In this document: positions 8,919-18,573 of the stretch, piece after piece
How positions within the stretch are numbered: the stretch's first letter is position 1
How the letters are laid out: the number at the start of each line of letters is the position of its first letter
IMG/VR virus record: IMGVR_UViG_3300042878_000903
Span: 32,001-96,000 of that record
Length of the DNA stretch: 64,000 bases
Strand: one strand, 5' to 3'
Origin: a virus
Made by a program: the position numbers and the translations under genes
Notes under the pieces: generated by a model
What the model was told of the DNA's origin: nothing
Seen by the model: the letters and a program-made list of their open reading frames with translations, nothing else
The model's database searches: none

Positions 8919-9107
8919 CTACCCCACCCTAACTTCGTTTTCATGTCCATCAGGACATTCCCATGCAAGGACCATAGAATCTGGATCCCAAAAAGATTCT
9001 TCTGCATTCTTATCACACTTAGAACATGGTTTTACTCCATGGATAGACTCTAAGTTTTGTTTAACAACTACCTGTGGTTTATTAATAAACTCGTTAAGAT
9101 TTGGCAT
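8919..9107 (-). CDS. Small zinc-ribbon protein
   Basis: CSKC...WECPDGH; start refined to MPNL. Confidence 0.7.
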   Translation of the reverse strand: MPNLNEFINKPQVVVKQNLESIHGVKPCSKCDKNAEESFWDPDSMVLAWECPDGHENEVRVG

Positions 9108-10098
9108 TAATTTCCTCAATCAAGGCGCCAGCAACTTTTGGGTTATCTCTAAGGTATGCTATTGCTTTAGCTCTGCCCTGAAAACGCTCTTTATTAATTG
9201 TGTACCATGCTCCGCCTTTTTCTACTAAACCGTACATTTCTGCAACATCTAGCGTTTCACCAATACGATCAACTCCTAAAGACTCTCCTTGGTAGTAAAA
9301 ATCGTATTGTCCTGAAAGGTTAGGGGGGCCGAGCTTGTTGTAATCAATAATCCAATTGACTGGTCTCCCGACACGCTGTTCAATAATTTTGTCCCCGACT
9401 TGAACGCCAGCTTTGATAGCATTAGCTTCAGCTTCTGAAGACCAGAGTTTGATAACGGTACTAGAGAAAAATTTAACTGCCATTCCTCCTGTTGGGATGT
9501 GTGAAGCATGCATTGACCCAAACTGATTTCTTTGTTGGGAGATAAGAACAAGTAGTGTGTTTTTGTTTGCATAATTTAACATTTTGACTGCGTGAGTCAT
9601 ATCCTTTGCTTCTGCGCCGATTTGCTTTGTGTCTTGCAAATCTTTCATTTCATTTCCATCTTTTTCAAAATATATACCAGGAAGCAAGGCAGAGATAGAG
9701 TCTACAACAATTACATCTACGCCAGCCTCCATTAGCTTTACACCAACGTCTACCATGTCATTTACTGTTTTAGCTTGAGAATAAATAAGGGAAGACGAAT
9801 CTACTCCCAGCTGCTCTGCCCAAGATTGGTCATAAGATGCTTCTGAATCAATCCATGCACAAGTTTTGCCTTCTTGTTGCGCTAGCGCTATCATTTGTAA
9901 ACAAAAAGAAGATTTGCCAGCAGACTTATTACCCCAAACTAATATTTGTCTTCCATATCCCAAGCCACCTTTTAAAGCAACATTTAATCCTATGCTGGGA
10001 GTCAATTGTTTATGAACTTGAACATTTTGTGCAGACTGGACTCTTGCACGTGTTTTGGGGTCTAACTTTGACATTATATCTTCTAGGGAAATAGTCAT
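9094..10098 (-). CDS. recA: RecA/UvsX-like recombinase
   Basis: Walker A GNKSAGKS, IVVDS, PTGGMAVKF, GAWY...QGR. Confidence 0.93.
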   Translation of the reverse strand: MTISLEDIMSKLDPKTRARVQSAQNVQVHKQLTPSIGLNVALKGGLGYGRQILVWGNKSAGKSSFCLQMIALAQQEGKTCAWIDSEASYDQSWAEQLGVDSSSLIYSQAKTVNDMVDVGVKLMEAGVDVIVVDSISALLPGIYFEKDGNEMKDLQDTKQIGAEAKDMTHAVKMLNYANKNTLLVLISQQRNQFGSMHASHIPTGGMAVKFFSSTVIKLWSSEAEANAIKAGVQVGDKIIEQRVGRPVNWIIDYNKLGPPNLSGQYDFYYQGESLGVDRIGETLDVAEMYGLVEKGGAWYTINKERFQGRAKAIAYLRDNPKVAGALIEEINAKS

Positions 10099-10121
10099 TT
10101 ATATTCTTTCTTCTCTCTACT

Positions 10122-10130
10122 AGTATACCA
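10122..10130 (-). promoter_or_regulatory. Extended -10 promoter TGGTATACT upstream of recA
   Basis: Same motif as 988-996; short purine-rich leader. Confidence 0.55.
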
Positions 10131-10161
10131 TTTAAATCAGGGTCTGTGAAGCCCGATAGAA

Positions 10162-10359
10162 TTAATCTTTTTGCTTAAGCTTAAATGTAAATGTCTGATC
10201 ATCTTCATTATAATCTACTTGTAACTCTTTGTCTTCATTAGCTGCCTTTAAAAATTTTTCAACTGGTAAAGAAAGTTCTCCAAGGCTTTCAATTGCGGCA
10301 ACAAGTATTTTAGTAATGTTTAGTTGTGCATAAACATCTTCTATTTTTATATCACTCAT
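10162..10359 (-). CDS. Hypothetical protein
   Basis: 65 aa, ATGA-coupled to dnaE. Confidence 0.7.
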   Translation of the reverse strand: MSDIKIEDVYAQLNITKILVAAIESLGELSLPVEKFLKAANEDKELQVDYNEDDQTFTFKLKQKD

Positions 10360-13300
10360 TTTATTTCCTTTACATTCATAGTTCCATCGTCTAGTTTTGA
10401 TAGAACAACCCTACATTTCATTCCCTCACGCATTTTTGCAAGGGTCATTTTATACATAGTTGGAAAAGCAATTGCTCTTGTCAACTCTTTATTTCTATTT
10501 GACAACACTATGTGGCTCATAGTTTTGCCTGCCTTTGTTACATATGGGGTAAAGTTTACAACTATATATTCGTCTTCTTCTAAGTCATATTCTTTACGAT
10601 ATAGGTAATCTACAAACATATCGTTTGATGAGGGGTCTATATCTGAAACCTTTATGTATCTTGCAATTCTATTATCTCCAACAAGAATAAAGTACATCTG
10701 GCCTACTTCAATTTGTGTTTGCTCATTATGAAAGAGCCCTATTGAACCAGTCTCATCTACAATCTCTACTCTTGCCCAACCTGTTCCACGTTTAATTCCC
10801 TTTACCATTCCAAACATAACAAACGATCCTAGGTCATCAAACTCTTCAATTGGTCTAGCCTGAGCTTTAACTCTTGGGGGAATACCTTCTAAATTAAATG
10901 TTGGTATACCCAGATACTCATAATAATTATCTTTTTCATTTCCACTTCTAGGATTATCTTTAAACGCTGCAGCACCAATTGCATTAAGTGAACTAATTGC
11001 TCTACTATTTATACCGCTTCCTTTAGCAGAAGAAATAGAAATAAAATGATTGTAGTCAATATAAGGTCTACTGTCAATAATTTTATTTGCGATGTTATCA
11101 GATATAAATTTAACTTCAGATAATCCAAATCGAATTGCATTTTCTTGAAGTGAAAAATCAAGACCTGATTCATTAATGTGAGGCAGCAGTACCTTTAATC
11201 CTAAGCGTTTAGCCTCAATTAAATATTCCGTCCTAGCATCTTTATCATTTTCGTTTTTAAGAATTGAAAACATGAACTCAAGCGGATAATAAAACTTAAG
11301 CCAAGCAGTATAATAACTAAGCATAGAGTAAGCAACGGCATGAGAACGATTAAAAGAATAACCAGCATGCGCTTCAAAATCGTGCCAGAGCGCCTCTGCC
11401 TTTTTCTTAGTAATGTGTTTTGAAGCCCCAATAACAAACCTATCTTTGAACTGGTCAAATTCTTTTGCATCTTTTTTCTTTCCAATAATCTTGCGGACCT
11501 TATCAGCCTCTGCCCAAGTCATACCGCCCAAGTGTACGCATGCCTGCATAACTTGTTCTTGATATATGATAACACCATAAGTGTTCTCGGTAAACGGCTT
11601 CATAATTGTATGCATATAATCTACAGCCTCATTGCCGTGTTTACGTTTAATATATGCAGCACCAACTGTATTCATGGCTCCTGGCCTTACAAGTGCATTA
11701 GATGCGACTAGGTCCTCAAACTTATCTGTTCCCATTTTAATAAGAAGATTAGTGTATGGTGTTGCTTCAGCTTGGAATACACCCTTAGTAAATCCTTCAC
11801 TAAGCATTTTATAAACTTCTGGATCATCAAGCGTCATGTTCGATAAAATGATATCTTTGCCTGTCCTAGATTTAATTGATTTAAGAGTATCAGAAATTAC
11901 AGACAAGGTCTTAAGTCCTAGTGCATCTAGTTTGATAAGACCTATATCTGCAACCGTATCCATATCGTATGCAACGACAGGAATTCTTCCTGATACTTTG
12001 TCTTGTGCGTCTTCTCTTGATTCAACAGGAGCATAATTTCTCAAATCATCTTTTGCCACTACAACACCTGCAGCGTGTACTCCAACGGATCTAATTCTTC
12101 CACGCAATCTGTCTGCAAGCCAAACTACTTCTGGGTATTTAACTCTAAATTCTTTTGTATTCGGGGAAGAAATAAAGTCTTCAAAAGTGTCAATTGATTT
12201 CATTGCACGATTAACTTCTTGAAGTGGGACCATAAAAATTCTTGCTGCGTCTCTAATTACACCCTTATCTTTAAAGTAAGTGTATGTAGAAATAGACGCA
12301 ACGTGTTTAAACTTTTTCTTTAAATAATCTTTAACCTCTTTACGACGACGGTCTTCAAAATCAGTATCAATATCTGGAAAGTCATTACGTTCTGGATTAA
12401 TAAAACGGAAGAACAATAAATCGTACTCTATTGGGTCCACATCAGTAATTCCTAATGTGTAACAAACTAAAGATCCAGCTGCTGAACCACGGCCAGGACC
12501 GACCATAATATTATTTTCTTTAGCCCAGTTAATCATATCTGCTACCACTAAAAAATATGATGCAAAAGATTTGTTTCTAATTACTTCTAATTCTTCCATT
12601 AATCTTTGCTCATACACATCATTGCCTAGCCAGCCGTCTGTTAAACGTAGCCTTTCTAGGCCCTGGAAGGCCATCTCAGCCAGTTTCTGGTCGGCATTGG
12701 TCTTGGGTACAGGGAGTAGGTCTAAACCACTGTTAAAATCGTATTCTTCAATTTTGTCAGATATCTCAATAGTATTATCATATATATCTGTACGAGTAAT
12801 ATCAGCCTTATTAAAATCTGCTTCAATCTCTTCTCTAGACTGAATAAACAAATTATAGTCTTGGAAAGAAATTCTACGGTCTGGGTATAGATAGTTAAAT
12901 CTTTCCATCATGTCTTTAATGTTGCGTGACATTTCAAAGTCTGAGTCTTTGTCAATTTTAGGAGATGTGGATAAGATAAGTAGTGCTTCTTCTAGTATTC
13001 TATCTTCTTCTTTGGCAAAGTGGGCATCTCCTGTTGCTACCGCCTTAATGCCAAGTTCATCTGCAAGATCTAGTAGCTTTGCATTTATTTCTGGCGGGTT
13101 GTGAGACTGTACCTCAACATAAAAGTCTTCAGAAAAAGTTTTCTTAAAATTTTGTAAAAGAAGTTTGGCCTCTCCAAATTCTCCTTTTTCAATAGCCTTA
13201 GACATAAGACCATTGAGACATCCAGAAAGTACAATGATACCTTCACTATATTCATTTAATATCTCCCTATCAATACGTGGTTTATGATAGAAACCTTCGT

Positions 13301-13637
13301 TCCAAGCAAGCTCCTGCAATATATTAATATTCTCCAGCCCCTTTTTATTTTTCGCTAGCAAAATAATATGGTTATAGGCCTGAATAGATTTATCGGTTTT
13401 AGATGATCTATCAAATCTATCGGTTGGAGATATGTACGCCTCAACACCAAGAATTGGCTTAATGCCAGTTTCCTTTGCGGCAATTTGCATATCTCTATGT
13501 GAAGAGAGAGTGCCATGGTCTGTAATTGCAATCGCAGTTTGTCCAGCATCTAACGCCGCTTGACATAATTCTTTAGGTGAATTTAGTCCATCCATTAATG
13601 AATAGTATGAATGAACGTGGAGATGTGTAAAACTCAT
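10356..13637 (-). CDS. dnaE: DNA polymerase III alpha subunit (DnaE-like, family C)
   Basis: PHP domain HLHVHSYYSLMDG and AITDHG; GPGRGSAAGSL; PDIDTDF catalytic motif; YSFNRSHA; C-terminal OB fold. Confidence 0.96.
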   Translation of the reverse strand: MSFTHLHVHSYYSLMDGLNSPKELCQAALDAGQTAIAITDHGTLSSHRDMQIAAKETGIKPILGVEAYISPTDRFDRSSKTDKSIQAYNHIILLAKNKKGLENINILQELAWNEGFYHKPRIDREILNEYSEGIIVLSGCLNGLMSKAIEKGEFGEAKLLLQNFKKTFSEDFYVEVQSHNPPEINAKLLDLADELGIKAVATGDAHFAKEEDRILEEALLILSTSPKIDKDSDFEMSRNIKDMMERFNYLYPDRRISFQDYNLFIQSREEIEADFNKADITRTDIYDNTIEISDKIEEYDFNSGLDLLPVPKTNADQKLAEMAFQGLERLRLTDGWLGNDVYEQRLMEELEVIRNKSFASYFLVVADMINWAKENNIMVGPGRGSAAGSLVCYTLGITDVDPIEYDLLFFRFINPERNDFPDIDTDFEDRRRKEVKDYLKKKFKHVASISTYTYFKDKGVIRDAARIFMVPLQEVNRAMKSIDTFEDFISSPNTKEFRVKYPEVVWLADRLRGRIRSVGVHAAGVVVAKDDLRNYAPVESREDAQDKVSGRIPVVAYDMDTVADIGLIKLDALGLKTLSVISDTLKSIKSRTGKDIILSNMTLDDPEVYKMLSEGFTKGVFQAEATPYTNLLIKMGTDKFEDLVASNALVRPGAMNTVGAAYIKRKHGNEAVDYMHTIMKPFTENTYGVIIYQEQVMQACVHLGGMTWAEADKVRKIIGKKKDAKEFDQFKDRFVIGASKHITKKKAEALWHDFEAHAGYSFNRSHAVAYSMLSYYTAWLKFYYPLEFMFSILKNENDKDARTEYLIEAKRLGLKVLLPHINESGLDFSLQENAIRFGLSEVKFISDNIANKIIDSRPYIDYNHFISISSAKGSGINSRAISSLNAIGAAAFKDNPRSGNEKDNYYEYLGIPTFNLEGIPPRVKAQARPIEEFDDLGSFVMFGMVKGIKRGTGWARVEIVDETGSIGLFHNEQTQIEVGQMYFILVGDNRIARYIKVSDIDPSSNDMFVDYLYRKEYDLEEDEYIVVNFTPYVTKAGKTMSHIVLSNRNKELTRAIAFPTMYKMTLAKMREGMKCRVVLSKLDDGTMNVKEIK

Positions 13638-13843
13638 TAATATCCGCCCATGCATTCGTTTCTTGTATGATAAAGTCTTATCTTAATCATAGTTTTTTTG
13701 TTTGGTGCGTAAAGCTTTTCTCCGCAACATGCAGTTTTTAAATACCATTCTTTTGTAAAGAAATCGTACAGCATGCCTTTATAGTGTTTATATTTATTAG
13801 CAACAAATGTCTCAAATGGGTCTGGGATTTCATATGTTAGCAT
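13637..13843 (-). CDS. Hypothetical protein
   Basis: 68 aa; leaderless promoter directly upstream; TAATG coupling to dnaE. Confidence 0.7.
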   Translation of the reverse strand: MLTYEIPDPFETFVANKYKHYKGMLYDFFTKEWYLKTACCGEKLYAPNKKTMIKIRLYHTRNECMGGY

Positions 13844-13849
13844 AATGTT

Positions 13850-13878
13850 ATTCTACTAAATAAAGCAGGGGCAGTCAA
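13850..13878 (-). promoter_or_regulatory. Promoter TTGACT-N17-TAGAAT, leaderless start at 13843
   Basis: -35 at 13873-13878 lies inside the terminator hairpin; ATG 7 nt after the -10. Confidence 0.7.
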
Positions 13879-13891
13879 TAGACTGCCCCTG
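13857..13891 (-). terminator. Rho-independent terminator-like hairpin after the ssb-like gene
   Basis: 11-bp stem CAGGGGCAGTC/GACTGCCCCTG with 4-nt loop, followed by CTTTATTTA. Confidence 0.7.
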
Positions 13892-13902
13892 ACTATAAAT
13901 AG

Positions 13903-14574
13903 TTACCAGACTAAATTGCTGTCTGAAGCAGAAGACTCTTCTTGATTTCCACCTTCGCCCATGTAGAAAGATTCTTGCTCTGCATAGGTAACGTGACGAA
14001 CTGCAGTCTTTTCTAGGTCATATAATTCTAAACTAGAAAAATCAAATGGAGCTTCATCCTTACCTAATGGAATAATCGTGTAGCTTGTGTCTGTCTTTGA
14101 ACCGTTACGCTTAATTCTCCACATCAAGTTTGTGATGCTTCCCATTTCGCCAGCATATTCAATTAAGGTAGGTGTGATTGTCTTGCCACTTGTTCCTTGT
14201 GAAAGAATTGCTACATAAGGCTCTTCTTTGCCATCGTCTACCAAGACGTTAATGTACAAACGAGTTCTGGCTTTCCAGCCAGCTTTTGGATCCTTGCGAT
14301 GTTGTTCATTTGCCCAGTCACGTCCTTCTGTCTCCATTGTATCTAGAGCCTTGCGACGGTAATCTTTTGGATTTGTGTGCTCTAATGCAATAAACCCACA
14401 ACCAAGCTTGTCATCATATGTTGGTGAATCAGGATCTAGTTCTTGCAAGAAACGAACTTTTACGCTTTCTCCATCCTCAATCTTTAACCAACGGCCTTTA
14501 TTTTCATCCCCACCACTGTAGGTAGGCTTATCTAGTGCTTTGTTTAAGTCTTTTAGACCTTTTACGATACTCAT
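13903..14574 (-). CDS. Single-stranded DNA-binding protein (gp32-like)
   Basis: KVRFL...RLYINVL...WRIKRNG..TDTSY pattern, acidic tail ending in W; lies between primase and polymerase; AAGGAG RBS. Confidence 0.7.
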   Translation of the reverse strand: MSIVKGLKDLNKALDKPTYSGGDENKGRWLKIEDGESVKVRFLQELDPDSPTYDDKLGCGFIALEHTNPKDYRRKALDTMETEGRDWANEQHRKDPKAGWKARTRLYINVLVDDGKEEPYVAILSQGTSGKTITPTLIEYAGEMGSITNLMWRIKRNGSKTDTSYTIIPLGKDEAPFDFSSLELYDLEKTAVRHVTYAEQESFYMGEGGNQEESSASDSNLVW

Positions 14575-14628
14575 TGTATCTCCTTTTTATATAGTTGACG
14601 GTATAAATCCATCTGTTGTTTTAGTATA

Positions 14629-15624
14629 TCATATCCATGAGCGATATTCAATATCTGATACGGATTTTTTTATGCATGTTTTTATTTCTTCTTCGGTTAA
14701 ATCTCCAGCATCCTTAGCCTTATTTGGGTATATTTCACGATATCCAAAAGAAGCCCAAGAAATATCTTTGTTGCGTAGCTTACTAGAAATAGATTTACCT
14801 AACTCTCTGCCAGCTTCATCAGCATCAGTCATAATAATTATCTTATTAAAATGTCTGTTTAATAAAGACTGCTGTTCATTAGATAAAAATCCTCCCAGTG
14901 TAGCAACAACATTTGGAAAGCCCGCTTGGTGAATTCTTATTGCATCAAAATTAGATTCGCAAACTATTACTTGGTCACCAATTTTCTTAGCCCTGTGAAT
15001 ATTAAATAGAGTTTTGCTCTTAGGCAAGTTTGTGCTATTTTTAAAAGACTTGCCCTCAATAGACCTTCCGACTATTCCAATTGGAATTCCATCTGGGCTA
15101 TGAACTGGAGTAACAACCATATTCATTGATGGCGAATAGCCAAGACCAAAGTGTTTCATAGACTCTACGCTAATACCTCTAGACTCTAAATAGGTTCTGG
15201 CATTACCGTTACCAGCAAGATCGGAATGAAGTCTATCTAATGTTTCTTGTGAAAATTTATCAAAAGATGGTTTTTCTGAAAGCATTTCTTCCATTAGGCT
15301 ATCAAAATTATTTAACGATTCAGTTTCTTTAGCCGCAATTAATCTTAACGCTTGAAAGTCATTCTTATCCATAGTACGTTTAATTAAATCAATTAAAGTT
15401 CCAGTTTCCCCACATGCAGGATTAAAGCATATAAATGCCCCAGATGTTTGGCTTACGCTAAAACTAGACGTATGCCTATTAGAATGAAATGGACAGTAGC
15501 ATAGGAAATCATTGCCTGTTGCGCCAACAATATTAAGTCCTATTTCAGCTAAGACTGATTTAATATGGCTTGGGGCGTAGTCCTTGGTATCAATTTGTTT
15601 TGAGTTATACCCTCGAATTGCCAT
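14629..15624 (-). CDS. dnaG: DNA primase (CHC2 zinc finger + TOPRIM)
   Basis: CPFH...CFNPAC zinc finger; VCES.FD and TDAD TOPRIM motifs; start refined to MAIRG. Confidence 0.9.
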   Translation of the reverse strand: MAIRGYNSKQIDTKDYAPSHIKSVLAEIGLNIVGATGNDFLCYCPFHSNRHTSSFSVSQTSGAFICFNPACGETGTLIDLIKRTMDKNDFQALRLIAAKETESLNNFDSLMEEMLSEKPSFDKFSQETLDRLHSDLAGNGNARTYLESRGISVESMKHFGLGYSPSMNMVVTPVHSPDGIPIGIVGRSIEGKSFKNSTNLPKSKTLFNIHRAKKIGDQVIVCESNFDAIRIHQAGFPNVVATLGGFLSNEQQSLLNRHFNKIIIMTDADEAGRELGKSISSKLRNKDISWASFGYREIYPNKAKDAGDLTEEEIKTCIKKSVSDIEYRSWI

Positions 15625-15851
15625 GCTTTCTTCCTTCCCACATATATCCCGTGAAGAGTCATTAAGAATCTCCATGTTGCTCCAGTAAACTCTATTGAAA
15701 AAGCTGGATCAATATCTAATACTCTTACGTATCCTTTACCACGCATATCTTGTATTAATAAGTTTTCGTACTGAGGTCTTAAGCTTATAATCTGACTATC
15801 GTCATTAAACTCTACCTCAATTTGAAACCTTTTAATTCTTTTGTGCGTCAT
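15549..15851 (-). CDS. Hypothetical protein
   Basis: ORF between helicase and primase; start refined to MTHKR. Confidence 0.7.
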   Translation of the reverse strand: MTHKRIKRFQIEVEFNDDSQIISLRPQYENLLIQDMRGKGYVRVLDIDPAFSIEFTGATWRFLMTLHGIYVGRKKAWQFEGITQNKLIPRTTPQAILNQS

Positions 15852-17079
15852 TTGCAAACGGATTTTCGTAAATCTCTTTGACAATACCCCTGTTAATATC
15901 CCAATCTAGGAATACACCGAAGTCGTGTCCGTGTCTATTTTTTCTAGAAACAATTTCGATCATGTCTGTGCCCTTGTACTTATGAATAGCCATAGCCATG
16001 TCTGCATCGTATTCAATTGCTTTTGACCAAGCAACTTGACTCATCATAGGAGGGTTATCTTGGTCTGTAATATCGTCTGCTGTAGCAGCAGTAATATCAA
16101 TAATAGGAATATTATTCCTTACTGCTAAATTTTTAAATTCACGAGAAATATTCATATTGCGCTCTGTAGGAGCCTTTGAATTATTATTATCAGTAAACAA
16201 CTGATGATAATCAAGAATAACAATGTCTGGCTTGTGTTGATCTATCTTAGCCTGAATAGCATTTGGAGTTACATTACCAGAGCCTTCATTTGATACTAAA
16301 ATAAACTTATTCTTGTCTACAAATTTTTTCCCCGACCAGGTTCTAAAATCGTCAATATTAATATCACCCTTTGCAAAATCGCTAGCCTTAAATAAACCTG
16401 AGCCAAGCATTGTATAAATTCTGTCACGCATATTTTCTGGTGTCATTTCAAGAGAAACAATCATAGGCTTAAATCCCTGCTCCCATGCCTTGCAGGCAAG
16501 GTAGGATGTAAACCATGTCTTTCCTTTCCCTGGCCAGCCAATAGCCACTATAAGGTGTCCTGGAGCCATTCCAGTGGGGTATGCAAGGTCAATTGACTGG
16601 AACCCAGTCTTAATGCCTGGAGAACCTCCCATCTCGGCTGTACGGGCCTTTAGAGCCTCTAAATGCTTAATTGCTTTATCTGCATCAGTTATATCTAGGT
16701 CACGGACATTATTCGTATATTTATTTAAGCTAGAAAGCTGGGACTGAAGTTCGGCAATAACCCTAGAAGCGACATCTTCTTTAAGCATTGATCCGCCACG
16801 AATTAAAATACTTTTTAGTCTGCTAGATAAGAATTCATTCTTTAGGTTATCTAGGTAATATGCAGTCTCTGCAGTTGCATTTAGGTCTGGCTCAAAGTCT
16901 TTAAACTTTTCTTGTAGGATTCCAATTTCTGGTATAGCCTTAAACTTATTATAATAAGACTTTAGACCATCCCAAACATCTCCGTGAGAGGTAAATAGCT
17001 CATCAACATTTTCTGCCATAACAGTGCTTATATCTTTATTCTTGCATATAGCAGAAATTAGTGTTGCTTCTGTATTCAT
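15832..17079 (-). CDS. dnaB: DnaB-like replicative helicase
   Basis: GWPGKGKT, VSLEM, VILDY, AIEYDAD, KNRHG. Confidence 0.92.
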   Translation of the reverse strand: MNTEATLISAICKNKDISTVMAENVDELFTSHGDVWDGLKSYYNKFKAIPEIGILQEKFKDFEPDLNATAETAYYLDNLKNEFLSSRLKSILIRGGSMLKEDVASRVIAELQSQLSSLNKYTNNVRDLDITDADKAIKHLEALKARTAEMGGSPGIKTGFQSIDLAYPTGMAPGHLIVAIGWPGKGKTWFTSYLACKAWEQGFKPMIVSLEMTPENMRDRIYTMLGSGLFKASDFAKGDINIDDFRTWSGKKFVDKNKFILVSNEGSGNVTPNAIQAKIDQHKPDIVILDYHQLFTDNNNSKAPTERNMNISREFKNLAVRNNIPIIDITAATADDITDQDNPPMMSQVAWSKAIEYDADMAMAIHKYKGTDMIEIVSRKNRHGHDFGVFLDWDINRGIVKEIYENPFANDAQKN

Positions 17080-17396
17080 AGCCCGCCCTCTTCCACCATC
17101 TTTTTAGTAGACTCTCGCAGTAGTCGGCGTGTCTCAATATCCTTTTGTAACTCTATTCTAGCATTTTCCATTTTATCAAAGTTATAATAAAAGAATTGTA
17201 GTGGGTGCCCTGTTTTTTCTAGGCTAAAATAATAATTCAACAAGTCATTTGCCTTATGAAATCCTACGCTATCAATTACATCCTGCATGGCCCATTTTTC
17301 TCTAAATTTATTTAATACAGGAAGCCTGCCATATCTTTCTTTATAAAGATTTTGGTAATTTGTCATAAGGATATATGGCTCTCTGTTATTTGCCAC
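17076..17396 (-). CDS. Hypothetical protein upstream of helicase
   Basis: 106 aa, coupled to dnaB. Confidence 0.65.
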   Translation of the reverse strand: MANNREPYILMTNYQNLYKERYGRLPVLNKFREKWAMQDVIDSVGFHKANDLLNYYFSLEKTGHPLQFFYYNFDKMENARIELQKDIETRRLLRESTKKMVEEGGL

Positions 17397-17589
17397 TTTT
17401 CAGCTCTTTCTCTATTTCACCAATTTTTTCAATTAGCTTTTTTTCTACAAATTGGTAAACTCTTTCCGTAGCAATATCAACTGTTTCTCCAGAACGGGCA
17501 TCATCTTCTATGCCAACATTTATCCTGATGCTTTCATAATTACCAAGATTTCTGGTAAAAGAAAGATCAACCTTTACTCTTGTTGTCAT
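17386..17589 (-). CDS. Hypothetical phage protein
   Basis: 67 aa, TRNLGNYES motif. Confidence 0.7.
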   Translation of the reverse strand: MTTRVKVDLSFTRNLGNYESIRINVGIEDDARSGETVDIATERVYQFVEKKLIEKIGEIEKELKSGK

Positions 17590-17699
17590 TTATGCTCCGC
17601 CTTCTTATGTCTAGTTAATGTATCGCTGGCAAATATTCCCCAGCGAACTTCTATATCCCGTTTACAAATATCACAGGTAGCTAACCTACTTTTTTCCAT
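17586..17699 (-). CDS. 37-aa C2H2 zinc-finger-like microprotein
   Basis: Not in track: MEKSRLATCDICKRDIEVRWGIFASDTLTRHKKAEHK; ATGA overlap. Confidence 0.6.
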   Translation of the reverse strand: MEKSRLATCDICKRDIEVRWGIFASDTLTRHKKAEHK

Positions 17700-17817
17700 C
17701 TTCTACCTTCTTTATTATAACGGGGCCGTTCTTAGAATTCCACTCCTCAACTTCTTTTTCTCTTTTACGTTTTTTAGAAGCACCAGTCTCAAGTGTATAT
17801 ATTGCGTTGTAACTCAT
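17686..17817 (-). CDS. 43-aa charged microprotein
   Basis: Not in track: MSYNAIYTLETGASKKRKREKEVEEWNSKNGPVIIKKVEDGKK. Confidence 0.55.
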   Translation of the reverse strand: MSYNAIYTLETGASKKRKREKEVEEWNSKNGPVIIKKVEDGKK

Positions 17818-17819
17818 TA

Positions 17820-17957
17820 TTACGCCTTCCATACTGCAGTAAACTCAAACTTACTAATACATTTAACGCAAATGGCAAAAATATCTGGCTGCATAATAAC
17901 TGGATACACCTTAGCTTTTGCACCTAAATTCCTACCGCATTCTTCACAAGAATTCAT
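17820..17957 (-). CDS. 45-aa CxxC...CxxC zinc-binding microprotein
   Basis: Not in track: MNSCEECGRNLGAKAKVYPVIMQPDIFAICVKCISKFEFTAVWKA; TAATG coupling. Confidence 0.6.
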   Translation of the reverse strand: MNSCEECGRNLGAKAKVYPVIMQPDIFAICVKCISKFEFTAVWKA

Positions 17958-18439
17958 TACTCCGCCTTCCATACTGGTACAAAGCCATCAACGGTCTTAG
18001 TATACAATATAAAGCTGTGTTTGAGAAGGGCCAATAATTCTGCCTTAGACGGAACATTTTTAGAATGCCCTGCCTCTAATATATATTGATGTAAATCTAA
18101 TATATCTTTATCGCTAAACATATACTTATACCAAACATCTTCTGAAGCACTACCTATAGGATAAATTTTTTGTGGAGATTTAATTTTTCCTTCTAGAATA
18201 TATTCTTGTATCGTAACCCTATGTTTATTTAACATTGAGGCAACCTGAACAATACTATACGCACTGCCCATATTTTTATCTACTTCTGAATATGGGTAAA
18301 GCATTCTTTTCTTATCTAAATACGACCAAGCAATTAGTTGATCTTTAGCTCTAGATAAGCTAAGAGTCTTGTGTATTTTTTCGTTTAAGAAGAAATACCG
18401 TACTTCTTTGAGTGATTTTCTTCTAGTGTCTCTAGCCAT
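17957..18439 (-). CDS. Winged HTH (MerR/excisionase-like) DNA-binding protein
   Basis: YSIVQVASMLNKHRVTIQEYILEGKI.P...Y.FS..DI pattern. Confidence 0.65.
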   Translation of the reverse strand: MARDTRRKSLKEVRYFFLNEKIHKTLSLSRAKDQLIAWSYLDKKRMLYPYSEVDKNMGSAYSIVQVASMLNKHRVTIQEYILEGKIKSPQKIYPIGSASEDVWYKYMFSDKDILDLHQYILEAGHSKNVPSKAELLALLKHSFILYTKTVDGFVPVWKAE

Positions 18440-18573
18440 TTGCCCATCTTATTTGTACTTTTATTCATCATCCAGCGCTTGCCGCACATGATGCAAAACA
18501 ATTCCATATGCATTTTTTGAGAAAATACTCTGTCTACAAATACTCTCCCACCGCATTTATTGCATTTAATCAT
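18385..18573 (-). CDS. Zinc-ribbon protein
   Basis: CNKCGG...FCIMCG; start refined to MIKC. Confidence 0.75.
   Translation of the reverse strand: MIKCNKCGGRVFVDRVFSQKMHMELFCIMCGKRWMMNKSTNKMGKWLETLEENHSKKYGISS

Noticed and set aside
10356-13637. Inteins or introns in dnaE (also recA, dnaB, terL)
   Set aside because: The proteins are of normal length with continuous motifs.
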